DNA of 63,679 nucleotides, counting the filler, from Choristocarpus tenellus KU-1152 (lineage: Eukaryota > Protista > Phaeophyceae), in assembly GCA_964200185.2 (NCBI GenBank). It is 9 parts of 9 records of this genome, joined end to end, with 100 filler letters (N's around TTAATTAATTAA, not from the genome) between each part and the next. Parts side by side here need not be neighbours in the genome. Positions count along the whole stretch, not along the records: positions 1 to 15,612 come from CAXNAD020000963.1; positions 15,713 to 20,903 come from CAXNAD020011560.1; positions 21,004 to 28,670 come from CAXNAD020005784.1; 6 more parts are not named here. The stretch is one strand, 5' to 3'. This document shows, piece by piece, positions 12,301 through 26,000 of this stretch; positions within the stretch are counted from its first letter, which is position 1; the number at the start of each line of letters is the position of its first letter. The notes below the pieces were generated by a model. That model had not been told where the DNA came from. It made no database searches and was given only the letters and a program-made list of their open reading frames with translations. The position numbers and the translations under genes are program-made.

Positions 12301-15300
12301 TGACTGTCTTATATATATATACTCCGTATATGTATGTAGACACCAATCGGTTCACTTACGCCCTTTTATGTTTTCGTGATTGTCAAATGTCATAATGCTG
12401 TGTTGATACTCAAAAGGTATCTTTTGAATGCTGCTGTGAATCTGACTGGGGCATCCATCGCGGACAACACTGTACCTAGGGGCAGTGTGGTGTTTGTGGT
12501 GCAGAGCAACTTGACGGCCAATGAGGTATGTATGTGTGTAAGTGTGTGTGTATCGTATGGATGTGTTTTTGCATTTATCCTCGTTGCATGGAGCAAGTCC
12601 TATGCAACAGTTTGCAACATTCAACCATTGACTGTTTCTTCGTTGAAATAATGAGCTTACGATAGATAAGTCTGCATACATATCAGTCGTATGGGTTTGG
12701 AGGTGGGATTTGCACGTATTGTGAAGTATCTGCTCCAGTGTGTTGTAGTGTAGTGTTGCTTGTACATTCCATCTATTCATTGCTATACTTAATCTACTAC
12801 AAATATATGTATATAACCTGCATTTCACTCTACTCCATCAATATAAATTCCCCAAATCTTGGTATTTGTTTCAAGGAGTACATACGGACGTATAGTTATA
12901 CACAACCACTTGAGTGTATACTGAAAGGCACATATGTGATGGGCTGATACAGAGGCAGAGTAGAAAAAAACGGCAAGCACTTTAATCCTCCTTCACAGAA
13001 CAAAATATTTGTGTTTTTCCTTTCCCCTTTCCCATGCTAGCAGGTGACATTTACCAACTCAAAAGCATCAGAAGACCTTTCTGCCATACAGGCAGATGTG
13101 GATTCCGTTGTAGTGGCGGGGAGAACCAACTTTGTCGGGTTTGTTGGAGAGGTTAGTCGACTGTCTACATCCAACGTCAGTAGCAAGAATGTTGATTTCC
13201 TGGGCATTGTTGAGTAATTGAATGTTAAAACCAAGGTAGGATGGATCGACAGATTACATTGTGAGCAGCTCTAGGTAAAAATATAAAGTCTGTCTGATTT
13301 GTGTGATGGTGTGTGCAGATCTTGCTCATGCTTCCCTTGTATACCTCTTCAATAATATGTTGTTGATGGCCTCAGTGAGCCAAACCAACTGAAAGGTAGG
13401 CAGGGTTGCATTTTAAGAATCTCGAGAAAGGGAAAAAATATATCATTTTGTACAATTGCAGAAAGATCATCTGCTGGATTGTGGTGTCACTTTGAGTGTG
13501 GAAAGGAAACATCAATGTGCCTTCACTATCGTGCACATAAAGCAATGAGAAAAGAGTATTACACAGGGTAGGAAAGATGACTTAGAATACGAGAGGGTCC
13601 AAAACTGCCTCTCAATTAGATGTAGACAGAATCGTATTTAAAGTATCTCGAGAAAGGGCAAACATATGCCATTTTGTAAACTTGTAGAAAAGTCTTCATT
13701 GAGTTGTGATGTCACTTTGTGCGTGGAAAGGGGGGATATCAATCTTGCTTGACACTATTGTGCACATAAAGGAATTAAATAGAGTACACTGGACAGGGTA
13801 GTAAAGATGACTTAGAATGCAAAAGGGTCTAAACCTGCCTATCTCCCAACTATTTTGGCTCCTATTCACATCAGTACTTATCGTTCTAGATTTGCACTGA
13901 CTGTTGTGCACTCAGATCTCCAATTCAAATTATTATAGTGTTCCAGTAGGTGAGACCAGGTAAGGTGGTCTCGCACTACGTACACCACCCATGTGACCTG
14001 TGGGCTTCCAGTGACTCAGTTCTTATTTCATATGCATGTGCACCTGATTACGTTGTTGCCTTAGCATCAGGTTGACGTGGAGAGTATCTGTGCACAAACT
14101 GTAGGGCATATCGAAGTGCACTAGCACTGTAGGCTAAAAGATACATTCTTAGATGAGGGAGGGGGTAGCGGAGAGAAGTCTAATAATCTGTTGTATGCGA
14201 AATCATGATGATACCAAGTGCAGGTGTTTGCGGCAGTTGTAATTTTTTAAGTGGTTGAATATACTCAGTGATTTTGGTCCATGTATGATACAACTACGAT
14301 TGGATAGGATTACTTTGTGTAGAGCATCGTGTAATTGCAAAAACCGTTGTATTCGTTTGTTGTATTCTTTTGTACAATACGTTGCGTCTTTTCAATTATC
14401 AGATATTCTAAAAGGGGTGATATTCAATTTTTTTTCAACACAATAAAAAACGGTACTGGGCACCAATAGCACTGAGAGTGATTATTTCTACTGACATACT
14501 TTGAGTACCTTGCCAAAAGTCGAAACAGGCTTTGAAGACGAGCGAGCCTCTGTCATTTACGGAGTAATTTATGTAATATATGATCTTTATTTGGTCATCC
14601 TAACAACAATCGTGGCCCACATAACCCCACTGATGAGCCTAGGCCTCTATCCTCAGTTATTGTGTCCACCAAAAAACTAAGCCCTAAGCTTTCCGCCATA
14701 TTGTCTGATGTTGTCTCAATTTCCCAATCAATAGGCAGTGGTCTTCATTGAAGGTAATCTGGTTCTCGATTCTTGCGACTTCAGTCAGTGCTTTGCTCCT
14801 GTCCTAGTTTTCACCCGTACAGAGGGACAATCGGTCATACGCAACACATTCCTGGGGGACGCCAACTGTGAGCATTTTGAGTCTGGAGGAGGGAAGTAAT
14901 TTTGATAGTGTTTGGGGGATTGAACGACTGTCATCATACACCCAACAATACCCAATTGTGTTTGCATCTTGACATGTATCAAAGCTATGCACAAAAACGC
15001 TTGAGTCAACATGTGTTTATTTCCTAAGTAGAATTTACTTTTGCGTGATGATGATAGCCAACAATTCTAGTTTATAAAGCAGTCGGTCTTCACAGCACTT
15101 ATTAGTATATATGGAAGCCTGCATCAACTATACTGTAATTGGTGTTAACAATAATCCCAATCATTGCGTTGACATCTCACATCTGCGTTTGCCCCCCCCC
15201 CCAACACTTTACCTTGGCACAGATAAAAGACTTTTTGATTATGGAGTTATGGATGGTGCTGGTGCCATGTTCTGGAACCACAATCTTAGTTGCACTGATC

Positions 15301-15413
15301 CATGGCCGTTTGAGGGAGAGGGGTCTCTGTGCAGTGGGTCAGTTTGTATGGAGGGTGACATTGGCATTTACTGTGACTGCTACAGTGGGGGCACTGTACC
15401 GCATGAGGAGGAG
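6372..15413 (+). CDS. Polymorphic outer membrane protein (Pmp)-like / parallel beta-helix secreted or surface protein; 11 exons, 3'-truncated at contig end. Exons: 6372-7043, 7376-7535, 7895-8057, 8315-8471 (or -8477), 9249-9491, 10062-10343, 11306-11505, 12417-12525, 13044-13151, 14735-14867, 15223-15413
   Basis: Exons join in frame at GT(GC)-AG sites. Repeated F..N...GGA(I/L/V) motifs (FENNTSAYKGGAL, FRENYCLGKGGAL, FVENFALRDSGGAM), a hydrophobic N-terminal segment and a Cys-rich module at the end (CSGSVCMEGDIGIYCDCY). Start codon uncertain. Confidence 0.85.
11739..11994. mobile_element. MITE family A copy (intronic)
   Basis: GAGCCGAAGTATCTTAGAGGGTA ... CACCCTCTGAGATACTTTCACTC; flanks share only AAC. 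Confidence 0.88.
13377..13861. mobile_element. MITE family D: two diverged ~200-bp units in tandem between related TIRs
   Basis: Ends GAGCCAAACCAACTGAAAGGTAGGCAGG ... CCTGCCTATCTCCCAACTATTTTGGCTC. 13420-13612 and 13646-13842 both begin TCTCGAGAAAGGG and align throughout. Confidence 0.65.
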
Positions 15414-15612
15414 GTGAGGGTGGTTGTAGAGGGATTGCGAAGTTTAGAGGGTACTTCTGTACTTTCTTGTACTAATCATTGACCCCGACTTCATTGATAT
15501 GACATATACATATACTTGGACTGAGCAATGAGTATGTGGGTTGGGACTAGGAACACCTATGACGTGGTCTCTTGTGACACCCCCCCCCCCCACCATCTAC
15601 CGTCCCCTTCCC

Positions 15613-15712
15613 NNNNNNNNNNNNNNNNNNNNNNNNNNNNNNNNNNNNNNNNNNNNTTAATTAATTAANNNNNNNNNNNNNNNNNNNNNNNNNNNNNNNN
15701 NNNNNNNNNNNN
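15613..15712. other. Artificial contig-joining spacer; identical spacers at 20904-21003, 28671-28770, 37000-37099, 42484-42583, 49727-49826, 52701-52800, 61004-61103
   Basis: 100 nt: N44 + TTAATTAATTAA (stops in all six frames) + N44, repeated identically eight times. Confidence 0.99.
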
Positions 15713-15896
15713 CCCCCCAGATACTTTGAGCCAGAGAATGAATACTCCCATGTAACACTACCTAACACACAAGTGTCTCGACTGACTGCATGTATGGTGT
15801 TAGAAATTTCAGAGAACAACCAATGTAAGAGGTGAAGGGAAGACTGCCAACTGCAACCACTTAGAACACAGCCGCATTTATAAATGCAGTGCTCAC

Positions 15897-18771
15897 CGCC
15901 TCTCTTCGTCAGTCATGTATGAAAAGAACAGTAGCCCTGCTCGAAAGATGTCCATGATCGCCTTCTTGTCCCTGGAACTGCACAGAAACAACCATTAATC
16001 TATTTCACTCTCAGGGGACATGATAAAATACCTAAGAAAACTCTGGGCGAGAAAGCTGCTGCCTCTCCTAATGCCATCATTTCTGGTTGCTAAATGTACT
16101 CCATTAGGGCATGTACTATGTCACACAGAAAAAAACAACTTATGTTAACATCACTGTAACAGTCTCTGCCACAATTGCAAAACATTACTACACAAGTACA
16201 AAATTTGAAGACCTACTAGGTACCAAGGTGCCTATACACTCAAGTCCATACCAAGAGAGGTGATGCTATGTTGAATAATCGGCTAATAGCAGCCTTGATC
16301 AGCTGCTCTCTGCTACTCTCTATAAACTAATCCACACCTGATGTTAACCTCCTCTGGTGCCCCACTAACAATGTATTTTGTAACAATGAACGTGAATCCT
16401 TCGTACTGATCTGCAGCTCTATCCATCTCATACCTCACACTTGAGAAGTTCCCTTCCTGATATCTGGATTGTGCATTGTCAACAGTGTTGTGACCATGGT
16501 AAACAAAAAAGATGCGGGTTTAACTAGAGACGGTTGTCCTGTGGAGTTGCATTCACAATGTGCGCAAAACAGCCAACCCCTCAGGGAATGCTCAGAGGTA
16601 CCACAGAGATATGCCCACATTTTTCAGACTGAAAACGAAAATCTGTCTCGAAAAGCAGTTTGGTTTCAAGCTGCTGGAATAAAATAATTAAATTTGAACA
16701 GTGACAAACATGGCCTCTACAAGCAAGTTTGCAAGAATATTCTAATATCCTTCGCCTTATAACGTCAGAGGAATGCAACGTACAAGAGTTTTATTTTCCT
16801 TTCTCCTTCTCTGCTTGTCGTCGCAGCAGTCCATACTACATATTACCCTGAACATCTATACAGTACGGGTGGATTTCAGACCGCAATTTATATAGGGATA
16901 AGTTCTATTCCTGGGGCTCTTGTTTCATTTTCTCCTTGCACTGTGGATAACATGTACTCCATCACTGCCTCTCCCACACCTGAAAACATCTACCAGGAAC
17001 TGGACAGATTCATGGCACAAGGCCCTCCTAGCAAATTCCTCAAATGCACAGGCCAGCATGGGCGTCGATGCCAGACGCTCAAAGTTCCAAACTTCCATAT
17101 CTTGACCACTAACACGGTTAGCAGTGCTAGGATCTTCACTTGGGCTGTCAGAAATATCCCTTTGACCACTTCCACCAGAGTTTGATCCTGTTTGCCTGGA
17201 AAGCAAATCCGTCAGGAGCAACATTTACACCAAATTCATCCAGTTTGGTGATTCTTGACACTACAGGGCGTTCCCACAACACTGGGTTTCATATGCACTA
17301 ACAGTGGGCAAGATTGATTAAACAGATTGCATCATGTTATACCTGGCAAGGGTTGAGAAGACTGCAAGAGTGTTGTTCATACAAAACAGCAACCAACCAT
17401 TTCTTATCACGATCTCCATATCATCCAACTATCAGAAGTGACTAAAAGGGCTACTTACACAGATCCAGTGACCCTGTTGCGATGTGTTTGAGCGCTGAGC
17501 AGGACCCTGTCTGCATAACTTCTCTTGGATGCCGCCAAAGGATCGAACATCAGTCGTCTCAATGGCTCCACTACTCTGTATTTTGGGAAAATTGCATAAC
17601 ACACATCGAGAGTCCAAGGGCAAGTTTGAGATAGCTTACTATCAAATGCTACACACCACTCAAAAATAAAAACCACTCGAAAGTTCTAGTTCACCCCGTA
17701 TATCTAACAGTGTAACCAGTGCTTTAATAGTATGTATACACTCGATAGCGAATGCTCTTTACATGTGTGAAAACGTAGGGGTTATAATTTACAGCCAATG
17801 GCATCCAGCATTCAAAATTTGCAAATACAGTGTTAACTATGATCCAAAGAAAAACATTCCATCATCCATCCTCTCCTACAAAATACTTTGAATAATCCCT
17901 TGCATTGATATTTAGACAATACCAAAAGCGCATCCACAACAACCTCGAGGCAAGGATCGCAGAAACAGGCGGAATTGTCCTCATTCACATGTCGCTAACA
18001 TTGGTTTTCTTGGTAGTTCATGCGATTGGCTGATCTGAGATCATGCAGCCTCCAATCTCATACGGACTAAAGCAAGTATACACTGGAATATAACGAGGAA
18101 AGAGTTCTTGAAGTTGTGGTTTAGTGTTGGGAGGGCCTACAAACAGAAATTCATATCATAGCACATGACCAATGAGGGACTTGTTAGCTGTGTCAAACAC
18201 TGCATAGCGGGTGGCTCACGTGAGAAGGAAGAGCGTGTTGGACATGAGAATGGCAATATTGCCCCGACCCATCCATCTGTTCCACCCGACAGATCCGTAA
18301 TCAGTAACCACCTTGCCTATCACTGACAACAGGAGGAGAGTTGGAAATGAGACACATGGATTTCTTGTTGGAAGTGGTCACAAATATCTTCGAGGTATGC
18401 AACACAAGAAGGGATTGATATCACCTGCCGAATCCCAAGCCTGAGCAAAAGTCTCTGTTGGATTGAACTGCAGTTTAGCACTACTTTATACTCTGAAACA
18501 TTTTGACAAAATTATATCACCCTAGACAGTTCAAACTATTGTACAGTTTACGATCCCAAATCCTTTCACCAGGGTAGCTAGCATGAATTGAATCTATGTA
18601 GTAAGTCATTCAGGGTAGCAAAGACACACCACACTATTCAAGTTCAAACTCATATTGCAGTAGTAATGCGTAGTAGTTGCAGCCTGTGTGCCTTGCTCAC
18701 CTGCACAAGAAACAGTCAATACCATTGCTGCAGTGATTTCTCTATTTATGGAGAACATATCATCCACATTC
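15897..18771 (-). CDS. Transmembrane + RGS-domain protein (7TM-RGS-like), partial. Exons: 18771-18701, 18322(or 18316)-18220, 17575-17459, 17195-16980, 16463-16338, 15977-15897
   Basis: Phase-compatible spliced translation: RNVDDMFSINREITAAMVLTVSCA...NIAILMSNTLFLLTVVEPLRR (TM-like), then RGS motifs LASTPMLACAFEEFARRALCHESVQFLVDV and IVTKYIVSGAPEEVNISSRDKKAI. Confidence 0.85.
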
Positions 18772-19163
18772 CTGGTGCATAGGCACCAAGGAAAGAAATC
18801 CATATGCAAATAAGAATTGGGCATGGCGCAGAGGATATTTGATCATTCAGGTTAAGGCGGGCATACATGTTACAAGAAATAACTACCTCTGTATCTTGCA
18901 TCTGCACTTGAATTCATGAGCATGAATACAAGCCTGGTCAGTATCGCCTAATGTAAAGACTAGAACAACGATAAAAACAAGTACCTGGGTCACAAATCAA
19001 TTCCATTGCCGTATCAGAGCTCAAACACATGTCTGCAAAATGGGCATTGGCTACCAGCATCCTTCTGTTCTTCGTTTCAGGGTTGTAAGGCTTTCTCTAA
19101 AGGTGAAAATCTCTCCTTATGTCCAATTTTTGACAATTTATTTTTGTCTATAAACTCCCCCAC

Positions 19164-19422
19164 GAGTGAAAGTATCTTAGAGGGTATGAGTTTTGCCCTG
19201 TTTGTCCATTTGGGGTTTGACTTCCCGTGGGTTTTTTTATGAGATTTTCCTACTCCAAAATGTTTCGGAGTACGTGAATTGTATACTTAATGAAAAGGTG
19301 TGTCCAGAACATGGATATGGACACTTCCTAACAAACACAATACCAAAAATTACATCAAAATCGCAACATTAAATTTTGACCCCCAAATGGACAGGGCTCT
19401 ACCCTCTAAGATACTTTGGTTC
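19164..19422. mobile_element. MITE family A copy, TSD CCAC
   Basis: Family A TIRs flanked by CCAC on both sides. Confidence 0.9.
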
Positions 19423-20078
19423 CCACGCTTTGCCATTATTTCAGGTACACTGGTATCGTTTCCCACAACTTTTTTGGAAAGCCGTTATCATATTATTGTT
19501 ATGGTGAAGATTTGACGTAAGACCGAAAAATGTCTCAAAACTTCAGCGAAATCATTTTTCTGAAATTCGAGGGAATTTAATTTTCTTATTTTGGCCAATA
19601 TTATCCTACATGAAGGGATATTTGATACGAATTGTCTATTTTACGGGTGATTTTCCTCCGGATTTGGTCCAGGCAGGAGAAAGGAAAAGGAAGGTGTCTT
19701 TAGATAAAGGAACTTGCCCTTACATCTAACACATTTACTCCTACGACATGAAAATCACGACAGGGTCACAGAGGACCTGAATGGACCCTGGGTCCCTCCT
19801 CTAGGTACTGTAGGCCTTTTCATCTTCCTATTGTTCCATGTTCAGTGTTCCCAACAACACCAACAAGGCTTGACGACAGCATTTTTTTGTGGAGAAACCT
19901 GTATCTGTACAGGTTTCTTCCACCTCTGCCAGACTTCCTCCTGGCACATAACACTGCCACTTGGTGTACATCATGCGCACCAAACCCAGATGTGTCACTA
20001 TGGAGGGTCCAAGTAACAGTGCACCCAAAGCAAAACTAAAATGACCTTCCTCAGCGGCCTCTAAAAAAGTAAGTAGAA

Positions 20079-20206
20079 GAGTGAAAGTATCTTAGGGGGT
20101 ACAAGTTTTCCCTGTTGGTCCATTTCAGGCTTGGCTTGCAATTAGTTTTTTATGATATTTTACCTACTCCAAACGTTTCGGAGTAGGTAAAATGGGAAAG
20201 TTTATG
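20079..20206. mobile_element. Truncated MITE family A copy (one end only)
   Basis: Begins GAGTGAAAGTATCTTAGGGGGTAC; similarity is lost after about 125 bp. Confidence 0.8.
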
Positions 20207-20387
20207 AAGTAATCTGAGTTTTGTGGGCGGAAGAATTCTGGTTGGTTGGGGGCACAGGGCAAGGAAGGGGACAGTAAAGAAATAAAATTATTGAGGAGGG
20301 AATGAAGAATAAAGATTGAGTTGTTAAGAAAATAGGTGGCGACGGAGGCACAAGGGGAGAAGGAATGAACAGGATTGAATCGAATGA

Positions 20388-20645
20388 GAGTGAAAGTATC
20401 TTAGAGGGCACAAGTTTTGCCTTGTTTATCCATTTGGGGCTTGACTTCCTATGGGTGTTTTTATGGCATTTTCCGACTTCAATATGTTTCAGAGTAGGTA
20501 AAATATATACGTTATGAAAAGGTGTGTCCGGAACAAGGACATTGACACTCCCTAACAACACGATAGCCAAAATTACATCAAAATCGAAACATTGGAATTT
20601 GACCCCCAAATGGACGCGGCTCTACCCTCTAAGATACTTTGACTC
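20388..20645. mobile_element. MITE family A copy, TSD ATGA
   Basis: Family A TIRs flanked by ATGA on both sides. Confidence 0.9.
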
Positions 20646-21003
20646 ATGAGGAAACCTGAGGCCGGGGGACAAGACGAGGAAGGCTAGATCAAGAGGACCC
20701 CCGAGCAAGCTTTTGGCGGAATGGATCAAGGAAGAACCCGAACAATCATCCCGACAGTTGAAAGAGGGAAGGGTCGTGTGGAAAAGGCGGGGAGGCGTGA
20801 GGACAAGATATACAAATGGTAGGGAATAGCTCACAAGGTAAGGGGGGTGATGACAGTGACGATGAAAAACATCGTGGATAATTGTTGGGCAGGAATAGGA
20901 CATNNNNNNNNNNNNNNNNNNNNNNNNNNNNNNNNNNNNNNNNNNNNTTAATTAATTAANNNNNNNNNNNNNNNNNNNNNNNNNNNNNNNNNNNNNNNNN
21001 NNN

Positions 21004-21157
21004 GAGGTCTGCACCAGGGTGTCCATTTGGTTCATAACAAGGAAAAGTTCACTTGCATTATCCACCTGACGTGCACAACCAAGTCACCCAAAAATCGCAA
21101 GATGAAAAAATTGGCCCCAAGTGGACAGCCGCCACCCCCTCCCAGATACTTGGAGCC
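21004..21157. mobile_element. MITE family B partial copy at contig start; further partial B or B-like ends at 15713-15732, 37100-37213, 49827-49882, 60933-61003
   Basis: Shared interior and CCCAGATACTTNGAGCC end. Confidence 0.8.
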
Positions 21158-23099
21158 TTACCAACAACAGACAAGGCTGATGACCCAGGCAAAGGGACAG
21201 ATGGATGACTCCATCAATCCTCTAATTATTATCAGTCATAGCAATAGTGTATTCGCATGTCCCACTCCGTTGACATCATTCGCTGCCTTTGTGAAAACAT
21301 TTCTGGTAGCTAGAGTGACCACTTTGTTCCGAATTTCCGTCTCTGCACGCACACGTTCCATTTTCTGTTCTGTAAGATTTCAGGACATCCCCTCCTCCTC
21401 GAGCTTTCTCTGCTTCCTTCCCTTCTCTCCATGTTTGAACTCCGTGCCTACCATGCTTATTGTTTTGTGACCTAGTAATCAAAACAGTCAATTCCCTCTC
21501 CTCCCTTGAACCTGCTACATGCTTGCCAGCCGGTCTCCCCTCACAAGAAATCTACGTCTGCCGTGTTTCCCGCCTTTTGGTTTAGCGTCCACTGTGTACT
21601 GAATGTTGTCCGTAGTGCTTCCCTCCATCCCTTCCACGCCAAGCCCATCACGGAGTCAGAAAGATAGAGAAGTTGTTCTGGGTCCTGAAGCTTAGGGGTA
21701 TTTAAACGGAGTGATAGCCACTTAAATATGACCTGAGGGGTCCAAACGGAGACGGATCTGGAGACTAATGGGTTGGATGGAATGGCGAAAACTAGTTTAG
21801 GTGATGTTGATCTAATGTCACAGCTGGGAAGAGGGAGAAGTATGTTGTTAGTGCGACTTGTGGAACATTTTAGAACCTCCAGCTAAACTGGGTTAACTAC
21901 CAGAGCATCAGTGGAGGTATGAAAAGAGACATGGCTTGCTTGAGGCTAGGGCAGTGAGCCCACTCTCATCAGAACCTCTGACAATGCTGGAGATAACGAT
22001 TTTGGAAGGGGTGGAGTCCATGGAAAGGGGCAACGGAAGAGGAGGCGATGGACTTGGATGGCAGGGAATTGTGGATGCGTTTGGCTTGCCAATCCAATAG
22101 ACACAAGGTGTCGGGGACTAATGTACTGCTTGAAAGGAACATGAACGCCAAAGGGAAATTGAAGTCTCCAAGGTGAGACTAGTGGTACAGGGTTTCAACA
22201 GAGGAATGGGGTAGGAGGAGTGTGAATCGTTCTTACCCATGCCCACTCATGCTTTCCTCCAAATACTGCCTGCATTTGTAGTATATATGGATTATGACTT
22301 GATCGGTGATGGGAAGAAGGACGTCACATAGGTGGATGTGGAAGATATGATCTATTTATGAGGAGGGGCCAGAGGGAACGGCAAAGTTTGATGGACCCGA
22401 GATCAATGTTCACTTTAGAGTTTTCCATTTATTTTCTCTTTTTGGAAACTTTTCTGTTTCACAGTTTAATTCTTAAAGACGGTATTTAACTAGTTGAAAC
22501 TAGTCCTGTGACATGGAGTTGTCTACAAGCTACCTACCAACAATCATCAATTGGGAGGACAAGGAGGGACTTGTTCCTGATGGTTACAGGTCCATGGTTG
22601 GGGGGGGATCAGTGGGCAGCTATTGTGCTTGTATCTGTGTATCTTTTGGGGTTTGTGAGTTGACATTGCATGAGGAGGATCAAAGTTTGTCTGGTTGAAT
22701 GCCGAGAAAGTGATAGGGGAGCTGTTGGATACTAGAGTGAAGGGAGTCTTTGCATGTTCAACTCAGCTGCTATGCATCTTCAACAACCTCATCCAGAGAT
22801 AAATCAATACCAAATGGAGTTACTGTGCACTGAGGTATGCTATTCCATACACAAGACACAATCCAAAACAGATGTACTCATTACACTGACCCTATATATT
22901 TCGGGTTTCTTTGATTCTTTCAGGTCAGATACCTCAACAAAGCACTATACTCCTCATATTTGCAGGCCAAGAACCATGGCCCCCAGAACTCACATGTACT
23001 TTGAAACATTAAAAACAATGTATCAAGCAGAGGGAAGGCCAGCACAAGAAATACCAAGAAAACTTCAATTCATATACACTGCATGATCCCACCAAGGCA

Positions 23100-26000
23100 T
23101 CAGTCTTCTTTCAGCCACCCTTGACTTGCGACATACCCAAACATATCTCGTATGCAAGCCCTTTCCTGGATCAAATTGTCCGACAACAAGCAGGGGTGGG
23201 TAACATGTGATGGGAGGGCCTTGGAATTTAAGACTAACGCTAAGCGAATGCCCTTAGTTGATTATCTCAATAAACCCATACAACAACTAGTCCATGGCAC
23301 AAAAAGGGGTCTGGCAAGTGGTATCATTTGGACAACATCTAAGCCTCATTCCTTGAAGGATAGATCTCCTGCCGTTACTGGAGATAGATCACGCCGGAAG
23401 CAAATCAGCACACCACAGCAGGTCTACATCGGTCTACATCCCCACGAAGTTGTGTTGTCGATTCAACAGAATACAAATTATTCATACGCTCTGCAGGCCA
23501 AATCTTGATTTGTTAATGCAGATACAGATCAATCCTTACACGTTTCAGTCACACACCCTACAATCCACATCACAGGAGCCTTCTACAACCTGAGACACGC
23601 ATGCATTAGATGGAATATATACACTATGTACTCCAAAGTAGTTCGTAGTACAAAATAATGATTACAACAAAGCAGAAGAGAAAAACATAAGACACACAGG
23701 CACACAGGCACACACAAAATTTGCAACATAATTCGGCGGAGGAGTAGCAAGACAACTTACAAGCATACCCCCTGACCCCCGAATCCAGCCATACACACCT
23801 CAATATCTAGCTCAGGGTGCCAAAGGTCAAAGAGGAGGATAACCCTTTCCTTTCCCGTGTGATTCCACACCTCGTGCTCATAGCAGTCATCGAACATGAG
23901 ACATTCACCTGTGACCGCAACACAAAGCATCAGTATAGATACATTCCTACCAAAAGACCAAATATTAGCTCAAGAAAGGGGGGGGGCATGGCATCGGATA
24001 GATTCACGCCTACCTCCCTCCTACGCAGACAGCTTTAACATTATTTGATAGGGGAGCAACTACAAGCAGAATTGAAAATTTTGGAGTTAAATTGAGCCAT
24101 TCATTCACTCTCAATACGTCACCTGGGCAATCCACACAAACGGATTGAAGAGACACAAAAGTCAACAGCTGTCCAGATCCAAACAAGAGTGCCATCTCTC
24201 AATTCCCCCGCTAAATCCAAGCCCAGGACACAAACCACAAGGCACATATTCCAGACAATGCCTTCACTGTCTATCCAGGCCAAGGTCCCCACCGTACCCC
24301 TATACTACAGCCTGTGCTCCATCCTTGCTCCTCCTCCTCCAGAACTACCGTAGTACCTAGCCAAAAACACTGTATTGAGGCTGAGATACAGCCGTAACAC
24401 TAACCCCGACTCAAACCCTCTTACCGCTTCCCTCCTCACTCATGCCTCTACCCCTATCCAAAGCCCTTGCCCACTCCAATAGCACATGCTGCCAGCAGAA
24501 CAGAACATCATACCCCCTCTCTTGAATCTATCGCAACCTCTTCACCTTCTCGCCAGGGCCGCGTTTCCCCCCCAACACGCATGCCACACTCCCTTGGGTC
24601 CTCTGACGGGACTATAAGAGGAAGGTGGCAGCGGAGTCGAAGATTGCAGGGTGCCGAGTGGGCAGAAATCGCCCCCCCGGGTCCCAGTGTTGAGAAGAAG
24701 GAGAAAGAAAATGGGGTACCCAACATCTGGTCATCCATTCCATCCAAGAGGGACTGTTTTGTCGATCGTGTATGTAAGCGTTTTTGCAAGACGGATGCCA
24801 TCATGACCAAAATGACCCACACCCCAGAAGAAGATGTTATTGCCCCCATTGGCAGGGGAGGTGGGCCCCAGAAAGATGACAGAACATGCAGAAAAAATGA
24901 AAAACACGACAATGCATCACACAGGATATTGAGGGGAAGGTAGGCAGGAGGGGAGGTTGGCACTGAGCACAAGTTTTTTAGAGATCAATACGGTAGGCTT
25001 CTGGACAGGGCGATCAAGACACAAGATAGGCGGTGGTGACAACCTCGTCAAAGGAAAGGTGGGCACAAACATGTGATAGTTTGGGATGATATGGAAGAAA
25101 ATTTTCCTCTTGTTCAGTTGGTAGGGAGTCGAGTAGTTCAATGCATGGTACAGCTGTGAGGGGTACAGATGGCGGCAGTAACAGGAGGGTCTCATATGTA
25201 CATATGTTGAAGGTAAGAGGGAGTAGAGAAACTGAAAGCATGTATATTGACAAAGCAGTGTGTGCGTGTGCATAGGTGTCCATCTCGTGGCCCTCAAAGG
25301 AAGAGGAAAATGCATGGTGTCTTGTTTTCTTATGAAGGAACTTTACAAAGCATACATGGACAATGCATTGAATATGTCTGTGGCAATAAATATCCCCACA
25401 ATACATACCTTGTGTGAAAAGAGTCGGGACTAATGGAAATACACCATGTATGTACTTAAGTATTAGACACAAAGGAAGTGATTCATATCGAAAGCTTAGG
25501 TTCAAGCAAATGCCTGGTTGAGATTGCCTTTCAACCCTAAGTATCTGGGGGGGTGGTCTACGCTAGGGAGTCCATTTGGATCATAACCAGGAAAAGTGCA
25601 CTTACATTATCCATCCGACGTATGCAACCAAATCACACAAAAATCGTGACATGAAAAAATTGACCCCATATGGACAGCCACTACCCCTCCCCAGATACTT
25701 TGAGCCTTTCAGTCAACTGTGAGAGCAAGTCCTCAGTTTTGCAACCACAGCATGGACAAGTAAAAAAACACAGGGAGTTTGGAAAGTAGGGCTTGAAATT
25801 ATTTCAGGAAAATATGCAAGAACAGTGGTGTTGATTGCAAATAAGCTCGGAATTTCACAGCTACGACAAGAGGAATAGGGTTCAGGGAGTGAGAAAGGGG
25901 GTTGGGGGGGGGGCAAACAGGCGTACCACAGTTATGGGGCACCTCTGTTGAAATGCCTCCTGCTTTCGACCTTTGAGCACGTAGCTGTGCCAGTCCCAGC

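Noticed and set aside
6372-18771. Pmp-like ectodomain next to a TM-RGS gene as one receptor or signalling cluster
   Set aside because: They are on opposite strands and on different contigs separated by a spacer.
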